A program made the position numbers and the translations under genes. From Vitrella brassicaformis CCMP3155 (lineage: Eukaryota; Protista; Chromerida), in contig CDMY01000738.1 in assembly GCA_001179505.1 (NCBI GenBank), positions 1-64,000 on the forward strand: a stretch of DNA of 64,000 nucleotides, written 5' to 3'. Numbering within the stretch: the first letter of the stretch is position 1; each line of letters begins with the position of its first letter. The notes under the pieces are model-generated. The model was not told the origin of the DNA. It saw only the letters and a program-made list of their open reading frames with translations, and made no database searches. Positions 63,008-64,000 of the stretch are shown one piece after another.

Positions 63008-63440
63008 GACGGGCCCGGGGGCGTCAGGCCTGTGTGGGAGCGACGAGGCTGTCAGTGGACGGACAGAACAATGATACCCACCTTCATAGACTCAGAAGTT
63101 CAATCCTTATTCGGCTTACGAGGCGAGTGTTCACTCTCTGGCTCGCTGCGAGGATTGGAATGCATTGCGGGAGGCCGCCCGAATGGTCTCATCGCTCGCA
63201 ATGCGATTAGAAAGGCTGCTTCTGCGAGGAAAGGGCAATGAACCAACGCTGTAGGGCTCTCTCAAGGCATCTCCCAAACAGAATGACGAAAAGGGATCAA
63301 TGACCGACCTCCGACGCCCGCGTTGGGCGTGATGAAAGAGGCTCACTTGTGCGAGCTGTCAAACGGTTCAACGGCTGGCGAGTCTACACCATGGTCATAG
63401 CTTCACTTGCTTACCCACGCAAATAGCCCACCGCCAGCAG

Positions 63441-64000
63441 ATGCTATCTGTGTGTGCGACAGCCGTGATTGCCGCCCTCGGCTGCCTGGGGCGCGTTGCG
63501 GCTCAATGCTCGGGCAATGGTACGGCAGACATGATGTCGCGGGCTATCAAGAAGCTGCAGAGCGACGGCACCCTCAACCAGCCCTTCATGTGGGGCACCG
63601 CCACGGCGGCGTACCAGGCATGATAATGCACGACACAGCTGGACACACGCCAGGAAGCAGCACTGTGTGTGCGTGGCGTGCGGATCTCTGTGTGTGTCTG
63701 TGTCTGTGTCTGTCTGTCTGTGTGTGTGTGTGCAGGTCGAGGGGGCATGGAAAGAGGGCGGGCGTTCCCCGAGCCACTGGGACACATTTACGCACAACAA
63801 AGGAATGGAAAATGTACGGGCCTAAGTACACACACTACAGCTGGCGGGGAGGCGTTCCGATCACAGCTGCTGGGATTGGCGTGTCTGTCTGTCTGTCTGT
63901 CTGTCTCCATGGCTGTATGTTTGCAGGGCGATGTGGCCTGCGATTTTTACCACAAGTACCCGGAGGACATCCAGCTGATGAAGCAGCTGGGCTTCACGCA
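63441..64000 (+). CDS. Glycoside hydrolase family 1 (beta-glucosidase-like), secreted, 5' partial
   Basis: Signal peptide, then FMWGTATAAYQ|VEGAWKEGGRSPSHWDTF..N|GDVACDFYHKYPEDIQLMKQLG, the canonical GH1 N-terminal signature. Runs off the right edge. Confidence 0.93.

Noticed and set aside
1-64000. tRNA, rRNA or intact transposase/reverse transcriptase genes
   Set aside because: No cloverleaf, rRNA-like segment or RT/integrase/transposase motif recognised by eye; small RNAs could be missed without covariance models.

Overview
Eukaryotic, GC-rich, intron-dense DNA with short, microsatellite-filled introns. The style suggests a chromerid alveolate such as Vitrella brassicaformis (inference only; no search run). 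Recognisable genes assembled by hand from exons: ABCG transporter, class II PRPP synthetase, a secreted Gly/Tyr-rich probably GPI-anchored protein, lipocalin, enolase-phosphatase E1, GT61-like glycosyltransferase, a 6TM CNBD-type cation channel, SELENOO, RRP4, Xaa-Pro aminopeptidase, a vWA protein and the start of a GH1 beta-glucosidase. Two unnamed F-box-like families are interspersed: family A (5 copies, + strand, plus a divergent relative with a transmembrane insert) and family B (3 copies, - strand), repeatedly arranged as convergent A-B pairs. All eight copies carry an apparent ORF or splice lesion. Hidden signals: (i) an in-frame UGA (Sec) in the SELENOO C-terminus LVT-U-SS with a fully pairable SECIS about 155 nt downstream; (ii) many introns with AC-rich 5' halves and GT-rich 3' halves that could fold back; (iii) a recurrent TGCGAGCT motif in upstream/divergent gaps; (iv) a non-canonical channel filter (HGQGYD). 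Gene ends come from manual splicing and are approximate where stated.
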